A stretch of DNA of 64,000 bases from Octopus bimaculoides. Taxonomy: Eukaryota. Below are positions 1 to 12,177 of the stretch, piece by piece. Where the stretch lies: positions 106,569,625-106,633,624 of the forward strand of contig NC_068984.1 of assembly GCF_001194135.2 (NCBI RefSeq), given 5' to 3'. Every line of letters starts with the position of its first letter. The first letter of the stretch is position 1. Under the pieces are notes generated by a model that was not told the DNA's origin, did not search any database, and saw only the letters and a list, made by a program, of their open reading frames with translations. Made by a program: the position numbers and the translations under genes.

Positions 1-61
1 TGAGGTCTCTGGGTGAGACTTGGATCCAACTTGTACAAATGCAAAACAAAAGTCAAACATA
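1..61 (+). mobile_element. Probable 3' end of a non-LTR element running into an (AAT)n tail
   Basis: Unique sequence ends abruptly in (AAT)n, as the R4-type 3' ends elsewhere in the window do. No second copy in the window to confirm it. Confidence 0.3.
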
Positions 62-62
62 A

Positions 63-145
<83 letters not shown>

Positions 146-178
146 TAATAATGATAATAATAATAGTAATAATAGCAA

Positions 179-277
<99 letters not shown>

Positions 278-285
278 TAATAATG

Positions 286-333
<48 letters not shown>

Positions 334-334
334 T
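62..334. repeat. (AAT)n microsatellite
   Basis: Direct reading; explains the poly-I and poly-L ORFs 13..345 and 53..424. Confidence 0.98.
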
Positions 335-1840
335 TACATGCTTAATAGGAGCTGTTCTTAAGGTACGGTTTTTGTTTAAGTCAACCCAGAACATATCAGC
401 TCTTAATGAATGAGAAAAGGCCAATCGCTGCGACTCTTCGTTCAGTAATATTCATTGAAAAATACGCGCTAGCAAACATAGGTATTACCATATTTCTCAA
501 TTTTTGAAACGTTAGTCAAATAAGAGGGCGATCCTTTTACAAATATAATCATTTTATCATCAGAAACTGGTACTTATTGTCTGTAGAATTTACTCTCCAT
601 CTTGGCATGCATTGGAATCCCGTTGTGTAGCGATCCGTGTATTCTTGAAATAAAACACATGCAAGCATTTGATCTTTGAATTAAACTGAAATCAAACATA
701 CCGAATACTAGCAGTTAATTCACAATGCTGTTCACTTTATTACAATGCAAAGTATGTAGTAATACGGAGAAGGTTTGCTCTGTACATTGTGTTGCATATA
801 GAAGAATTCTAAATTCTTCATTTATTTCAATTCATAATATGATGGATGAAATATCAAAATCGATCACTTCAACATTTATTTAAGCCATACCTCGTCTTTT
901 CTTTATATTTTTTTTATTCCTTCCCACCTCATCACTTTCCACATCAACTGATATATTGACATTACTTTTATGAATCTAATCCATATCTATTGAATATTAC
1001 AAGGTTCAGTGATTGCTCAAATTCATATTTCGAGAGTATCTATTTTTCAGCGATGATGGACATGAAAAAAAAAAAAAAAAAATTTGCTGAAGAGAAAAAC
1101 TAATAATTGAGTTATGTTTCTATCAGAAATTTCAATATAGGACTTTTATGGAGAAAATGGGGTCAAACTTTCAATCGTGAAATTGTTAATAAGAATCTTT
1201 AGATGAGTAGTCAGAATTTTGATAGTTGAACGATTTTAACATAACAGTCGCTTGATTAATATTCTTGAAGCGCATTGAAATTGATGCATTTTGAAAACTG
1301 ATGTAGTTTCTTGTAAATATTATTAACCAAAGAAGGACAAATATATTTTTATACTCTCTTAAGTTTCAACATATGACTGAAATAATAAATAGTAAAATAA
1401 TAAATCAAACATAACCAAACGCTGTTGATGAACTTCTGATATAGGAATGGCTGAAGTAAGTTTTAACTAGTGATTTTCTGAAGAAATATAAGAGCTACAT
1501 AAACTACACGTCATTTTCAGCTTCAACAGATATTCTGCATCACAGGAAACAGATATTTCACTGGTTAAAAACCATTTTCAGCTGCAGCGGCTCGTACGAG
1601 CATATGTTCTCGTCGGCAATAATCGCTATTTCAAGAACTACCAGATTTACTGGCCACAAGCTATTTGAATTTTAATCAGCTGTCCCTAACTATACATCAC
1701 TTTCATAGATAATGTTTTCAATGCTCATCTATTAACTAACTTTTCCAAGTAGTTGATCTCTTTACATACACACATACGTACATACGTACATACATGCATA
1801 CACACACACATACATACATACATACATACATACATGTACA

Positions 1841-2132
1841 GTCATTGAGGTCAGCTTTCCTGGTGATGTGAATATCTCTTTGAAAATCAGAGAAAGAAGA
1901 TTACTATGGACAACTGCTTTGAAAACTCCAGCTTCTATATCCGGATTACAAATCTACATTTATACCAATAATAATTGCAGTACTTGGTTTTGCAAGTAAA
2001 TGCCTAGCTATCGGTGTGGATAAGCTTGTATTTTCAGAAAAAGAAATCAACCAACGGATTCGCACACCAAAACTACAATCTGTAAGCGGAACAGTAAAGC
2101 TATGTAAGACTTTTCTCAAGTTTAAAAGGTGA
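1841..2132 (+). mobile_element. RLE endonuclease C-terminal remnant of a non-LTR retrotransposon (second RLE lineage)
   Basis: Translates VIEVSFPGDVNISLKIRE/(frameshift)EDYYGQLL*KLQLLYPDYKSTFIPIIIAVLGF...SGTVKLCKTFLKFKR*; paralogous to 56380-56570. Confidence 0.7.
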
Positions 2133-2238
2133 CATTCTTTTCGTTATCTACATTCCAACGATAGAGCTTCATATCTTTGTTAGAAAGCATCTCATTCAGA
2201 GGAAGAAATTAAGTGATATAATATATATATTCAGTTAA

Positions 2239-2398
2239 GCGGAGCCGTGTGGTAAGAAGTATGATTCCCAACTACATGGATCTGGATTTACTCCCTCTAC
2301 GTTGCACCTTGGGCAAGTGCCTTCTATAGCCTTGGGCCGAATAAAGACTTGTGAGTGAATTTGGTAGACGGAAATTGAAAAACCAAAAGAAGCCTGTC

Positions 2399-2400
<2 letters not shown>
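2239..2400 (+). mobile_element. SINE family A, 5' half (tRNA-like head plus CORE-like ccttgggcaagtg), followed by (TA)n
   Basis: Aligns with 42361-42510 and with the reverse complement of 54570-54722. Confidence 0.8.
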
Positions 2401-2438
<38 letters not shown>

Positions 2439-2500
2439 TCACAGAATGAGATAAAAAAATCTAAGGCTGTGAATAGTTTCAGAACATTTATAAAGAGAAG

Positions 2501-2548
2501 GTCTTACAGCTGTTTCCGGGAAATTTTATTTATCCCTTCATCAGAGAC
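2501..2548 (-). ncRNA. Type I hammerhead ribozyme-like motif (family 1)
   Basis: Minus strand reads GTCT-CTGATGA-agggataaataaaatttcccg-GAAA-CAGCTG-TA/AGAC: intact core, stem I GTCT:AGAC, stem II GGGA:TCCC, palindromic stem III ACAGCTGT. Confidence 0.7.
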
Positions 2549-3900
2549 GGTGCGAGAAAATGTTTGAGTAATAATTATTGTAGAGAAGATATGAAGTACA
2601 GAAGGGAGTGAAGGAATAAAAATAGAAGTGAGATCCTTAAGTATATTGTATTTGTAGTTCCATTATTTAAGCAGAATGATATATGTATATAAGTTACCTG
2701 TACGTTGTGTGTGAGTTCGAATGGTGTTTATATTTTGTCATTCCAAGCATAGAGTCTTGTAAACTGTGTATGTACGTATTATGTATGTATAACAGAACCT
2801 GAACGCAATTATAATGTGCACCAAAAGTAACTTCATGTCAAAAATGCACGAATAAAGTAATATGTAAAGCTGATTATTTATGCCTTTTCTCAGTAAAAAA
2901 GACCAGTTTAACTGGGAGAATGCAACCATGGATTTACGAAATTGGCTGGTGATGGCATACATGTATGCATGAATATATGTATAAAAACGTGTGTGTATAT
3001 CTTAGAACTTGTGGCCTATGATTTGCACAGCAATAGTATAACTCCCATTTTATCAGGATCGAAATCTTTTAGAGTCACATGACAGAAATTTACACTAGTT
3101 ATATTCTACGACGAGGGAATACGGAGTATTTCATTTGATAAATAGAACCTTTATACCTTCAAATCACTATATGTTCAGCTAAAACAAACACTGCATTATT
3201 TGATCAGATTATCAACACGAGAAAAACCAAGACATTCAATTTCTTGGTATAGAATCTTCTTATGCTTCAAGAATGTGGTATATCGAATGAATAAAAAGCC
3301 ACAGTATGTCATTTCCTATCATTTCTTATAATAAAATGTATGTTTATTTTCTGTTTCATATTTACCTATAAACATTAGCCATTCCAAAAAGCGAAGCAAT
3401 GAAGGAAGGACTATAATTCATAAAAACTAGGCAAAATAAATTTTCTACAACACATAAATTTATCAATTTACTTCGGCAGCGTTGTTATGTAAACCCTACT
3501 TTTATGAATGTTATGATTTACAAACCTGTATCATCAAAAATTCCTGAAAATCCAAGGATATTATATTGCTGTTTTATTGTATTCCATTGAATTATTATAG
3601 AAGACAAGGTTTTCACTAAGTGGAAGGTAGAACACAAAGCAAGACTGATATATCTTTATAGGTATGCATGTATGTATGTATTTATGCATGCATACATATA
3701 TGTATGTATCTATGTATCTCTCTCTCTCTCTTTCAATCTATCTATCTATTTATCTATCTAATCTCACTTTCCCTTTATCGATCTATCTAAACACACGCAC
3801 ACATATAGTGTACAATGCATGCACAGTTACCAATGGATATGTGTGTGTGTGTGTGAGCGTGCGCGCGCGTGTATGAGTGTACGTATGAGAAATGTTTAGA

Positions 3901-4153
3901 CGGAACACTGTCATCTCCGACGAATCATCATTCGATTTTCCCACTGCGGGGTGAGTTTATGTTTGGAGACAGATCAAATAAAAACTTCAATACTGACTGA
4001 TTCATCGTTATCGTGAAGTATGGAAGTTGCTTGTGATTATTCTGGACAGCCGTATCAAGGAATTCACTTAACCCTTTAATTTTTCTACATGGTTAAGATT
4101 ATCTGAGAATATGGGCTGATCATGTTCAACCTATGCTACAAGCATAGTTCCTT
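3901..4153 (+). mobile_element. Tc1-like transposase remnant
   Basis: RNTVISDESSFDFPTAG*VYVWR then, in another frame, FNTD*FIVIVKYGSCL*LFWTAVS...DYLRIWADHVQPMLQA. Resembles the Tc1 WSDES..RVYVWR..TVKHGGGSVMVW region. Confidence 0.6.
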
Positions 4154-4460
4154 GCAGCAAATTTCACGGTTAACGTAATTCAATATCGGTACGAAAATAA
4201 CAAATTTGAGGCAGACCACATGGAGTGAGCCCCATAATCACCGGGTCTCAGTATAACTGAAAATTCACGGTTATGGAGTGAGAAGCCGGTTCCCTCCACT
4301 AACGTTGCTGATGGCAGGTTTTACTTGGAGAGTGATTCAAAATTCTCGAAAAAACAACGTATTAAAGGAGTGGTTACAGCACTTTATGGTATATATGAGC
4401 ATGAAATGGAATTCAACATCGCAATCCAGATATGGTGATTAACAAAGTCAATGTTCTGTT

Positions 4461-4657
4461 GTTAGCGCGTTGAGTCAAAGGCTTAGTGACATTTCTTCCA
4501 ATTATACGTTCTGTGTTCAAATTCCGCCGTCGTTACGTTTGCCTTCCATCCCTTCGGTCTCCATAAAACAAATACCAATTGAACCCTAGGGTCGAGGTAA
4601 TCGACTTACTTCCTCCGACGAAATTACTGGCCTTGTGCCAAAATTTGAAGCCAATAT
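4461..4657 (+). mobile_element. SINE family B (diverged)
   Basis: Matches the family consensus seen at 39902-40110 (gttagc..ttcaaattccgccg..ggggtcga..aatcgact..gccttgtgcc). Confidence 0.75.
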
Positions 4658-4971
4658 GTAATAGTAACGTAGTTAATAATAACATTAAAAATAATAATTT
4701 TAAATTCTTAGTAATAAAGTAGGTACGTGCATATTCCAGTTATTTGATCCACCAGTGTGCATAAGTATTGGGTTGTAATGCAACCCAATGACCGAGTATA
4801 CCCCATAAACTTCCTCAAGATGTCGTGCAGAGTGATCGACTGGGAGCCTCAAGATTGCGAACTGAGTGACACTTCTGCCATGTTTGTACTCAATTTACGT
4901 GCGTGTACTAGTATTTGTCGGTGTGAGTCTCCTTCTTCTCACGCAATGCATACACACAAACACACACACAA

Positions 4972-5011
<40 letters not shown>

Positions 5012-5500
5012 NNNNNNNNNNNNNNNNNNNNNNNNNNNNNNNNNNNNNNNNNNNNNNNNNNNNNNNNNNNNNNNNNNNNNNNNNNNNNNNNNNNNNNNNN
5101 NNNNNNNNNNNNNNNNNNNNNNNNNNNNNNNNNNNNNNNNNNNNNNNNNNNNNNNNNNNNNNNNNNNNNNNNNNNNATATATATATATATAATGCAGAAA
5201 TGTCGTAAGTCTAAAACGTTGCTTTTTCAGAAAACGAAAAAATAGTTTCACCATTCCATTTCTTTTTGCATTAGCAACAGTTTCGGCTTAGCAAAAGTAC
5301 TTTGTAAGGTGCAACTCCATGCATGTATGATATTTTCAGTCAAAAATACTTTTGCAAAACTGTCGAATGTGGAAATTACTAGTTTTGAAAAATGCTAAAC
5401 CGTTGTACTACACTTTGATAATTTTCATATCTTGGCATCTGAAACAGCTGGCGATACGATAGTTTGACCAAAAGAACCGGCTATTGCAAGCAAAATTTTA

Positions 5501-5710
5501 TATTCTTTTCTTGTCTAGGCACAAGGCCCGAAATTTTGGGTCAGGGGACTAGATCGATCCTAGTATGCAACTGGTACTTAATTTATCAAACCCGAAAGGA
5601 TGAAAGGCGAAGTCGACCTCGGCGGAATTTGAACCCAGAACGTAAAGACAGACGAAATACCACTAAGCACTTCGCCCGGCGTGCTAACGTTTCTACCAGC
5701 ACTCCGCCTT
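5501..5710 (-). mobile_element. SINE family B
   Basis: Near full-length reverse-complement match to 39902-40110. Confidence 0.9.
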
Positions 5711-6411
5711 AATCAAAATTAAATATTGAAATAACGCATTTCGCCACTTTCGACAAATTTAGACTTACGACAGTTTAACAGAGTAGAAACGATGCATATA
5801 TATATATATATCCACTGGTTTTCAAAAATAGAAATATTAATATTTCTAAGTCTCTCTGAAGGAGACTACGGCAGCGGTACTGGATATTAATAGTTATCGC
5901 CAAGCCAACATGGCAGTCCAGAAAAACAGGACAATGTTTTCCACTGAATTTAGATAAATAATCCTTCGAACAGACGGTTAGTANNNNNNNNNNNNNNNNN
6001 NNNNNNNNNNNNNNNNNNNNNNNNNNNNNNNNNNNNNNNNNNNNNNNNNNNNNNNNNNNNNNNNNNNNNNNNNNNNNNNNNNNNNNNNNNNNNNNNNNNN
6101 NNNNNNNNNNNNNNNNNNNNNNNNNNNNNNNNNNNNNNNNNNNNNNNNNNNNNNNNNNNNNNNNNNNNNNNNNNNNNNNNNNNNNNNNNNNNNNNNNNNN
6201 NNNNNNNNNNNNNNNNNNNNNNNNNNNNNNNNNNNNNNNNNNNNNNNNNNNNNNNNNNNNNNNNNNNNNNNNNNNNNNNNNNNNNNNNNNNNNNNNNNNN
6301 NNNNNNNNNNNNNNNNNNNNNNNNNNNNNNNNNNNNNNNNNNNNNNNNNNNNNNNNNNNNNNNNNNNNNNNNNNNNNNNNNNNNNNNNNNNNNNNNNNNN
6401 NNNNNNNNNNN

Positions 6412-6474
<63 letters not shown>

Positions 6475-6878
6475 ATTTGGGTGGGAGCATTGTGCAGGTT
6501 GTAATAGAGTAATAGATTTTTTCTAATTCACCACTGAACCTAATGTAAAATCGCACAACTTTGTTAGTCACACGAAGTGGCACCTCTCTGTAATCAATCA
6601 CACATATTACGCAATTTTTCACATGGAATCGTTTTCTTTGAATTGCGTTAGAAACAGAGTCGTGCAGATTCAATTGTAACTACTTATAAAGTTTTGCCAT
6701 ATTCGTTCTTCTAACTTCTTATATGTATGTGCGTTTATATAAAGATGTGCGTGTGATGTGTGTGGTGCGTGTGGGGGAGTGCACACGTTTCATTAAAGAT
6801 ATCCATAGCTTTTCACTATTTGCTTGTCATGCCAACCAGTGACAATATTTTAATTTCATGTTGTCTGTCACTTTGTAG

Positions 6879-7077
6879 AACTTATTCTTGAATTGCATTT
6901 AGAGATCTCTGTTTGTTCCCTGGTAAGTACCTCATACAACTGTATCAATATGTTGCCATTCTTCAGCAATGTATAAGTTACATACTTTTGCTTTTCTTCC
7001 ATAGCTGGCTGGCATTGTAATCAACCATTCAGAGGTCATCTTGCTGTTGTTGGTTTCTCTTCTCTCGCTGGCTGCAC
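6879..7077 (+). other. Candidate exon pair 6879-6922 and 7005-7077 (82-nt GT-AG intron)
   Basis: ctttgtag acceptor, tg|gtaagt donor, cttttcttccatag acceptor. One frame is open across both exons (LILELHLEISVCSL|LAGIVINHSEVILLLLVSLLSLAA). No homology recognised. Confidence 0.3.
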
Positions 7078-7682
7078 GTATATCTCTATAAAACTATTAT
7101 ATTTCAACAGATTGGGTTCCTGAAAGCTGTTCCTGACATTGTGCCCGAGGCAACCAAAGCTAAGAGAATGTAACTAACACACACACATACGCATGCGCAC
7201 GCACACACACACACAAACACACGCATACACACACATCTATCTATCTATTTATCTATCTATCTATTTATCTGTCTATCTATCGAGATAAATAGATAGATAG
7301 ATAGATAGATCACAGAAGACAATTCGAAGGACCTTACAGCGGAACATATAGCGTAATAACATTTTAATTCAACGTATTCATAACATATATGAGAGTTAAC
7401 GCGATATTATTTGTTTGAGATATGAAATATTTAGCGAAAAGAAGTGTTTGCAATTTCTGTGAGTCTCGGCACTACATATTTGACAAAGAGACAAGTATTT
7501 CATTTGCTGAACGCATCAGACAGTAAATAGTTAACATGTATAGTTTATAGGTGAATGCTATAAGGAGTAGTATTACTGAATAAAGAAAGGGGTGATGTCA
7601 TTGAATAATGGACGAATATTTGGCCAACTAACACTAATAATATTAATATTTATCAAATGTTACAAGTGAATAGAATATCGGA

Positions 7683-7889
7683 TTCAAATTCTGGTACAAA
7701 GCCAGCAATTTCAATAGAGGGCTAAATCGATTACATCGATCCCTGTGCGTTACTAGTTCTCATTTTATCGAGCGCGAAAGAATGAACGATAAAGTCGACC
7801 TCGGCACCATTTGAACTCTGAATGCTTAAGGTGAAATATCGTTAGGCATTTTGCTCGGAACGATAACGATTCTGCCAGCTCGCTACCTT
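7683..7889 (-). mobile_element. SINE family B
   Basis: Reverse-complement match to the family B consensus. Confidence 0.8.
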
Positions 7890-9639
7890 ACGTGAATAGA
7901 CTATTATCGTTAATAATATTATCAAACTCATGCTAAAAATGTACATTGAATTTATAAAAGATACATCTTGCTGACTTTTACAAATTTTTATACTGTTCGA
8001 GGTGTAGTCCTTCGCCTTCAAAGAGTTCCAAACTGGTAAGGTCGGTGCTACAGATATTTAGTTTGAAATGTTGTAAGGAAAATCGTGGGAAGATAAAGGT
8101 ACAAGACTACCGCACCTAGCAGCAAATAGTTAAAGTGTTGCAGTGATGGGGTTGGGTTGAATGAAGTTTTTAGGACGGGATATGAAGCACGGTTGGGAAA
8201 TTAGCTTGGCTATGACAAAGGTAGTACGTAGCTTGTTAGTTCTTGGAATCAGCGGACAGGCGGTAGAAGAATCAAAATGATAGTACAAATCCTTTGTACT
8301 TGAGTGGTTAAATCTCTTGGTAACTAAAGATTTGGCAAACAAATTTCTACCGATCTCTATTTTAAAGTGTGTGTGTGTGTGTTTGTATTTTTGTGTATCT
8401 GTGTGTACTGTAGCTGCATGTTTTCTAAACACCTACCAGTATAAACATTACTGAACGTCTGCCATATTGTTGCTTCGTAACAATGTTACCATTCTTAAAC
8501 ACATTTCCCTCTTATATTTCTGCTTCCCTACTTAGCCATTCTTATAAGATCACTACCATATTTCAAATCTACTTTGATGCAAATCTACTTTGATGCAAAT
8601 TTTCAAAAGTCTAATTTTAACCTTTAAAATTTTAATGTTTTGCCTGTGCTGTGAACTTAGTTTCCTGTGAAATATTACATTAATCTTGTAAAGAAGTTCA
8701 TTAGCTGATGACTATTTTGATCCATAACAATGATTAAAAAATCAAAGTATAGTTGCGCTGGAAGAGAGTAAATACGAGTTTCCTATCATTTGAACAAGAA
8801 TATTTTGTTCTATCTTTGGTAGTTTACGCGGTGAACTGAAGAAAATTGTGGTAAAGTAACAATTTGGAACACAAGAACAATGGGAAAGGGCTCTAATAAA
8901 TATATGAGAATCCAAAAACCACTATTCTAGTAGTGAAGATGCCGAATCTTAAGCGCTGATGAGAAATGAAGCCTGTTCTAGGCATACCATTAGATTGAAA
9001 TGTCTAGTTTACAGCTCTTCGACTTGATTGTGTTGCGACCATCATAATAGCTATAGTGAATTTTTCGAGAATGTTTACGAGAAAACTAAAAAGCTATGAA
9101 AATATGTGATGCAAGAAGAATAAAATAAATTATTCCTGCCGCAGTTTGGTATGGCATGATGATATCCGAAATCATCAATATGACGGGATATTACCAATAA
9201 TTACACACACTAGCATGAAATACCTGCATATCTTCTTGCTCAACTTGGAAAAGAATAAAAGTGTAAGAGAAAAAAATGGGGTGTCATATAGTAGCATTAA
9301 AATCACAAGCAAAACTAACGCACGAGTTGTTGGGAAAATTCAGTAATAAAACAATAATCCAATAATACAAAAGCAAGTTTTTATCAGATATGACAATAGA
9401 ACTGTTAGAATGCGACCCAGCACTTAGTTCAGTCTACCAACTGGATACTTCTGTAGGTGCGACTTCAACCCTAGCATTTTATACAGTATGAGTGATAATA
9501 ATTTTTAAAATAATATGTCAAAGAAGTCAGTCTGAGTCGCTTGTAGAGGTCTTTCGTGTCGAGATTATGTAATGTATTCAAAAGTAGTTGGTACTCCAGA
9601 GGGTGTTTGTTTATTCATGAATAAAATAGAGTAAAGAGA

Positions 9640-9901
9640 AAAAAACCCTTTCGGTCATGAATGACCATGGGAATGCACCTAGAAAGTTACCCTCCGCGGC
9701 ACAAGTCGGAGCAAGGTTGTCTATGGAAGACCAGCAGTCACCCATGTATACCAGCACCCCTCTTTCCACGCCACTGATGTTATCCAAGGGAACGGCAAAA
9801 GCCAATACAGTGACGTCGCAACTCATTTCTACAGCTGAGTGAACTGGAGCAACATGAAATAAAGTGGCTTGCTCAAGAACACAAGACACAACCCAGTCCG
9901 G
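9640..9901 (-). mobile_element. SINE family D body and 3' part
   Basis: Minus strand gtgttcttgagcaagccactttatttcatgttgctccagttcactcagc overlaps in homology with the tRNA-headed fragment at 40540-40678. Confidence 0.55.
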
Positions 9902-10359
9902 GTATACATAAGGTTATTTTGGAACCACCATAAAAAGAAGCCGTTCGAGATGCTCGTCGGCTAATGAAACTGTCCAGCAAATATTCATTTAGTGTCCGTG
10001 CATCGCTGTATAGAACCATATCAAAAGTTGGTGTCTCGTGCAGAATTAATCCAGTTATCAGCCATGTCGTCATGGTGACAAACAAACACTCTTCCTTTGA
10101 TAACTGGGTAGTCTATTTCTGCCTGGTGATCATAGTGAGAGGGGCTTTGTGGCAGTTGCGTTTTCAAAGTTCCTTGCTGGTTCTGCCAAGACCTGATCAA
10201 CTTCTTAGAGTATTACCTGAAGAAGATGACGTGTGAGTGGTGTGACTGATATGGCCAAAGGAACCTACACCAAGAACGGAATTGTTATTTGGTGGTAAGG
10301 TCGTCGAAAGTTCCTTGCTTTGGTGCAATTAGTCAATGCCCCCCACTAAGCACACCTTC

Positions 10360-10700
10360 CTTGGTAAATTGATTTATATCCCTCTTGAAGTGCCCTGATA
10401 CTGTTCCCAAAGGCCCAACAATAATTGGCACTGGATTCACCTGCTCCATTTTCCATAGCCGGGCTATTTCGTACTTAGGCGGATTGTATACATCTATTTT
10501 TTCGCTTTCCTTCTTGACTAATCGTTTGTCAAAGAAGCATGCAGCGTCAAGTATATAGCACATGTAGATTACGTTGTCTACCACCACTAGGTCCACTTTG
10601 TTGTACTCCAGTACCTTGTCTGATCGGATTGGGAAATCACGTAGGATTTTGCAGGTCTCCGACTCCGCCATTCTGTGCTTTTCGCTCATACCACATCTTG
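10360..10700 (-). mobile_element. R4/Dong-type LINE, RLE endonuclease fragment
   Basis: ORF 10333..10689: KILRDFPIRSDKVLEYNKVDLVVVD..CYILDAACFFD..KESEKIDVY..KYEIARLW..VPIIVGPLG. Same subfamily as 22618-23380 and 33439-34490. Confidence 0.85.
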
Positions 10701-10710
10701 CCGCTCTCTA

Positions 10711-10913
10711 CTGGCAGAATCGTTAGCACGCTGGATGAAATGCTTAGCGGTATTTCGCCCATCGCTAAGTTCTAAGTTCAATATCCACCGATGTCAACTT
10801 TGTCTTTCATCTTTTTGGGGGTCGATAAATTAAATACCAGTGAACCACTGGGATCGATGTAATTGACTAGGTCCCTCTTCCAAATTTCAGGTCTTGTGTC
10901 TATGACAGAAAGG
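10711..10913 (+). mobile_element. SINE family B with (ATT)n tail
   Basis: Full match to family B, followed by (ATT)n. Confidence 0.9.
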
Positions 10914-10993
<80 letters not shown>

Positions 10994-11027
10994 TATTATT
11001 ATTATCATTATTATTATTATTACTATT
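10914..11027. repeat. (ATT)n microsatellite (SINE tail)
   Basis: Direct reading. Confidence 0.95.
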
Positions 11028-11130
11028 AAACATTTGATAGTTTTAGGCAAATTTCAATTGCACCGCCCGCTACAACTTTTTGCTGAAGTGTGTGCAGAAT
11101 TGTGCGTTCTTATTTTTTTCTAGTTATTGT

Positions 11131-11203
11131 TGGGGGTACTGGGGTCGATGTAATCGACTATCGCCCAACCCTCTACCAAAGCCTTGTGCCTATAGTAAAT
11201 GGG

Positions 11204-11261
<58 letters not shown>
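11131..11261 (+). mobile_element. SINE family B 3' fragment with (CTA)n tail
   Basis: gtactggggtcgatgtaatcgact..gccttgtgcctatagta then (CTA)n at 11204-11261. Confidence 0.7.
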
Positions 11262-11262
<1 letters not shown>

Positions 11263-12177
11263 ATTCTGGATTCGAATACAGTCGCTTTTCAGAGTTTATT
11301 AAGTAAAATACCTATCACAAAATGGAGCTGATATCATCATGTAACACCATCCCCATTAAAGTTGCTGGCCTAGAACCAAAATTAAATAACTATTATTATA
11401 CTTGAATATTTGTGTAAATGGATATTTATATAAATGTTATTATTTGGCAGTGAATCTATTAAATGTTTTGTCTTTGGTTCGTTTACAGATAAAAACCTCG
11501 CATTATTTCAATGTTCATACCATTAACCTGGGGTAGAAAACTAGAAAACAAAAGTAGTTCAAATAATTCCTGGTTTTAACTGTACATATTTCTCCAATCA
11601 GCCATTAGCCATATTTACTCATGTTGAAAGATGGTTCCCTCAGCGGTAGACGGAAGAGGTGCTCCTTATGATGGTAGTGGCGCTTGCTTAAATAACACAC
11701 ACAAAAAAAAAAAAAAAATCAACGCTCGCATCCGCTCCAATACAAATTTTCAAATACGAAAACGTATTTGAAAATAAAAATAAAAATGAACATTAAACTG
11801 AGAGAAAGATGGGAAGAGAAGAGGCTATGCAATTAGTAGATGCAAATACAAAAAAATCAAACATTTAAAACTTCAATTTAAATTTTAAAAATAGTAGTAT
11901 AGAGTACGAAGAGCAATGATAACGCCGCCCACCGATATGTGTTTTTTATATTTTGATAAACTCGTTCGTAATTAGAGTTTTCTTAATATGGACTAGTTTA
12001 AAAGATAAGGTGACGTTATAAGCCATGTGTCTCGACGAAGAGTGCGCATTGTTGATTGAAAAAGTTTCACAAGAAAGGTCGGGGAGCTAGATAATACAAT
12101 CATGATTTACACAGAAACTAAAACCCATCGAAGGAAGAGGAGAAGATAAAATGATGAATAAGAATAAGAAGAGGAAA

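Noticed and set aside
13-424. Long poly-I/L/N/Y, HT/CV/YI dipeptide ORFs here and throughout the window
   Set aside because: They are translations of (AAT)n, (CA)n and (TA)n microsatellites.
570-900. Possible hAT dimerisation-domain remnant on the minus strand (EQTFS, RIAT-like)
   Set aside because: Motifs are out of order and in different frames; not supportable without a profile search.
4385-4447. HRNPDMVINK resembling the RLE RPDI motif
   Set aside because: Too short and lacks flanking motifs.
5850-5935. ctgaagga..long stem..gaaa structure
   Set aside because: Core deviates (CTGAAGG) and there is no stem III or cleavage triplet.
5978-6673. Long ORFs containing X runs (also 14316, 40926, 40957, 47198, 58715, 60161 and others)
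   Set aside because: They are open only because they span N-gaps.
8836-8875. CTGAAGA followed by a 7-bp stem and GGAAC
   Set aside because: GAAA is not intact and there is no stem III or stem I.
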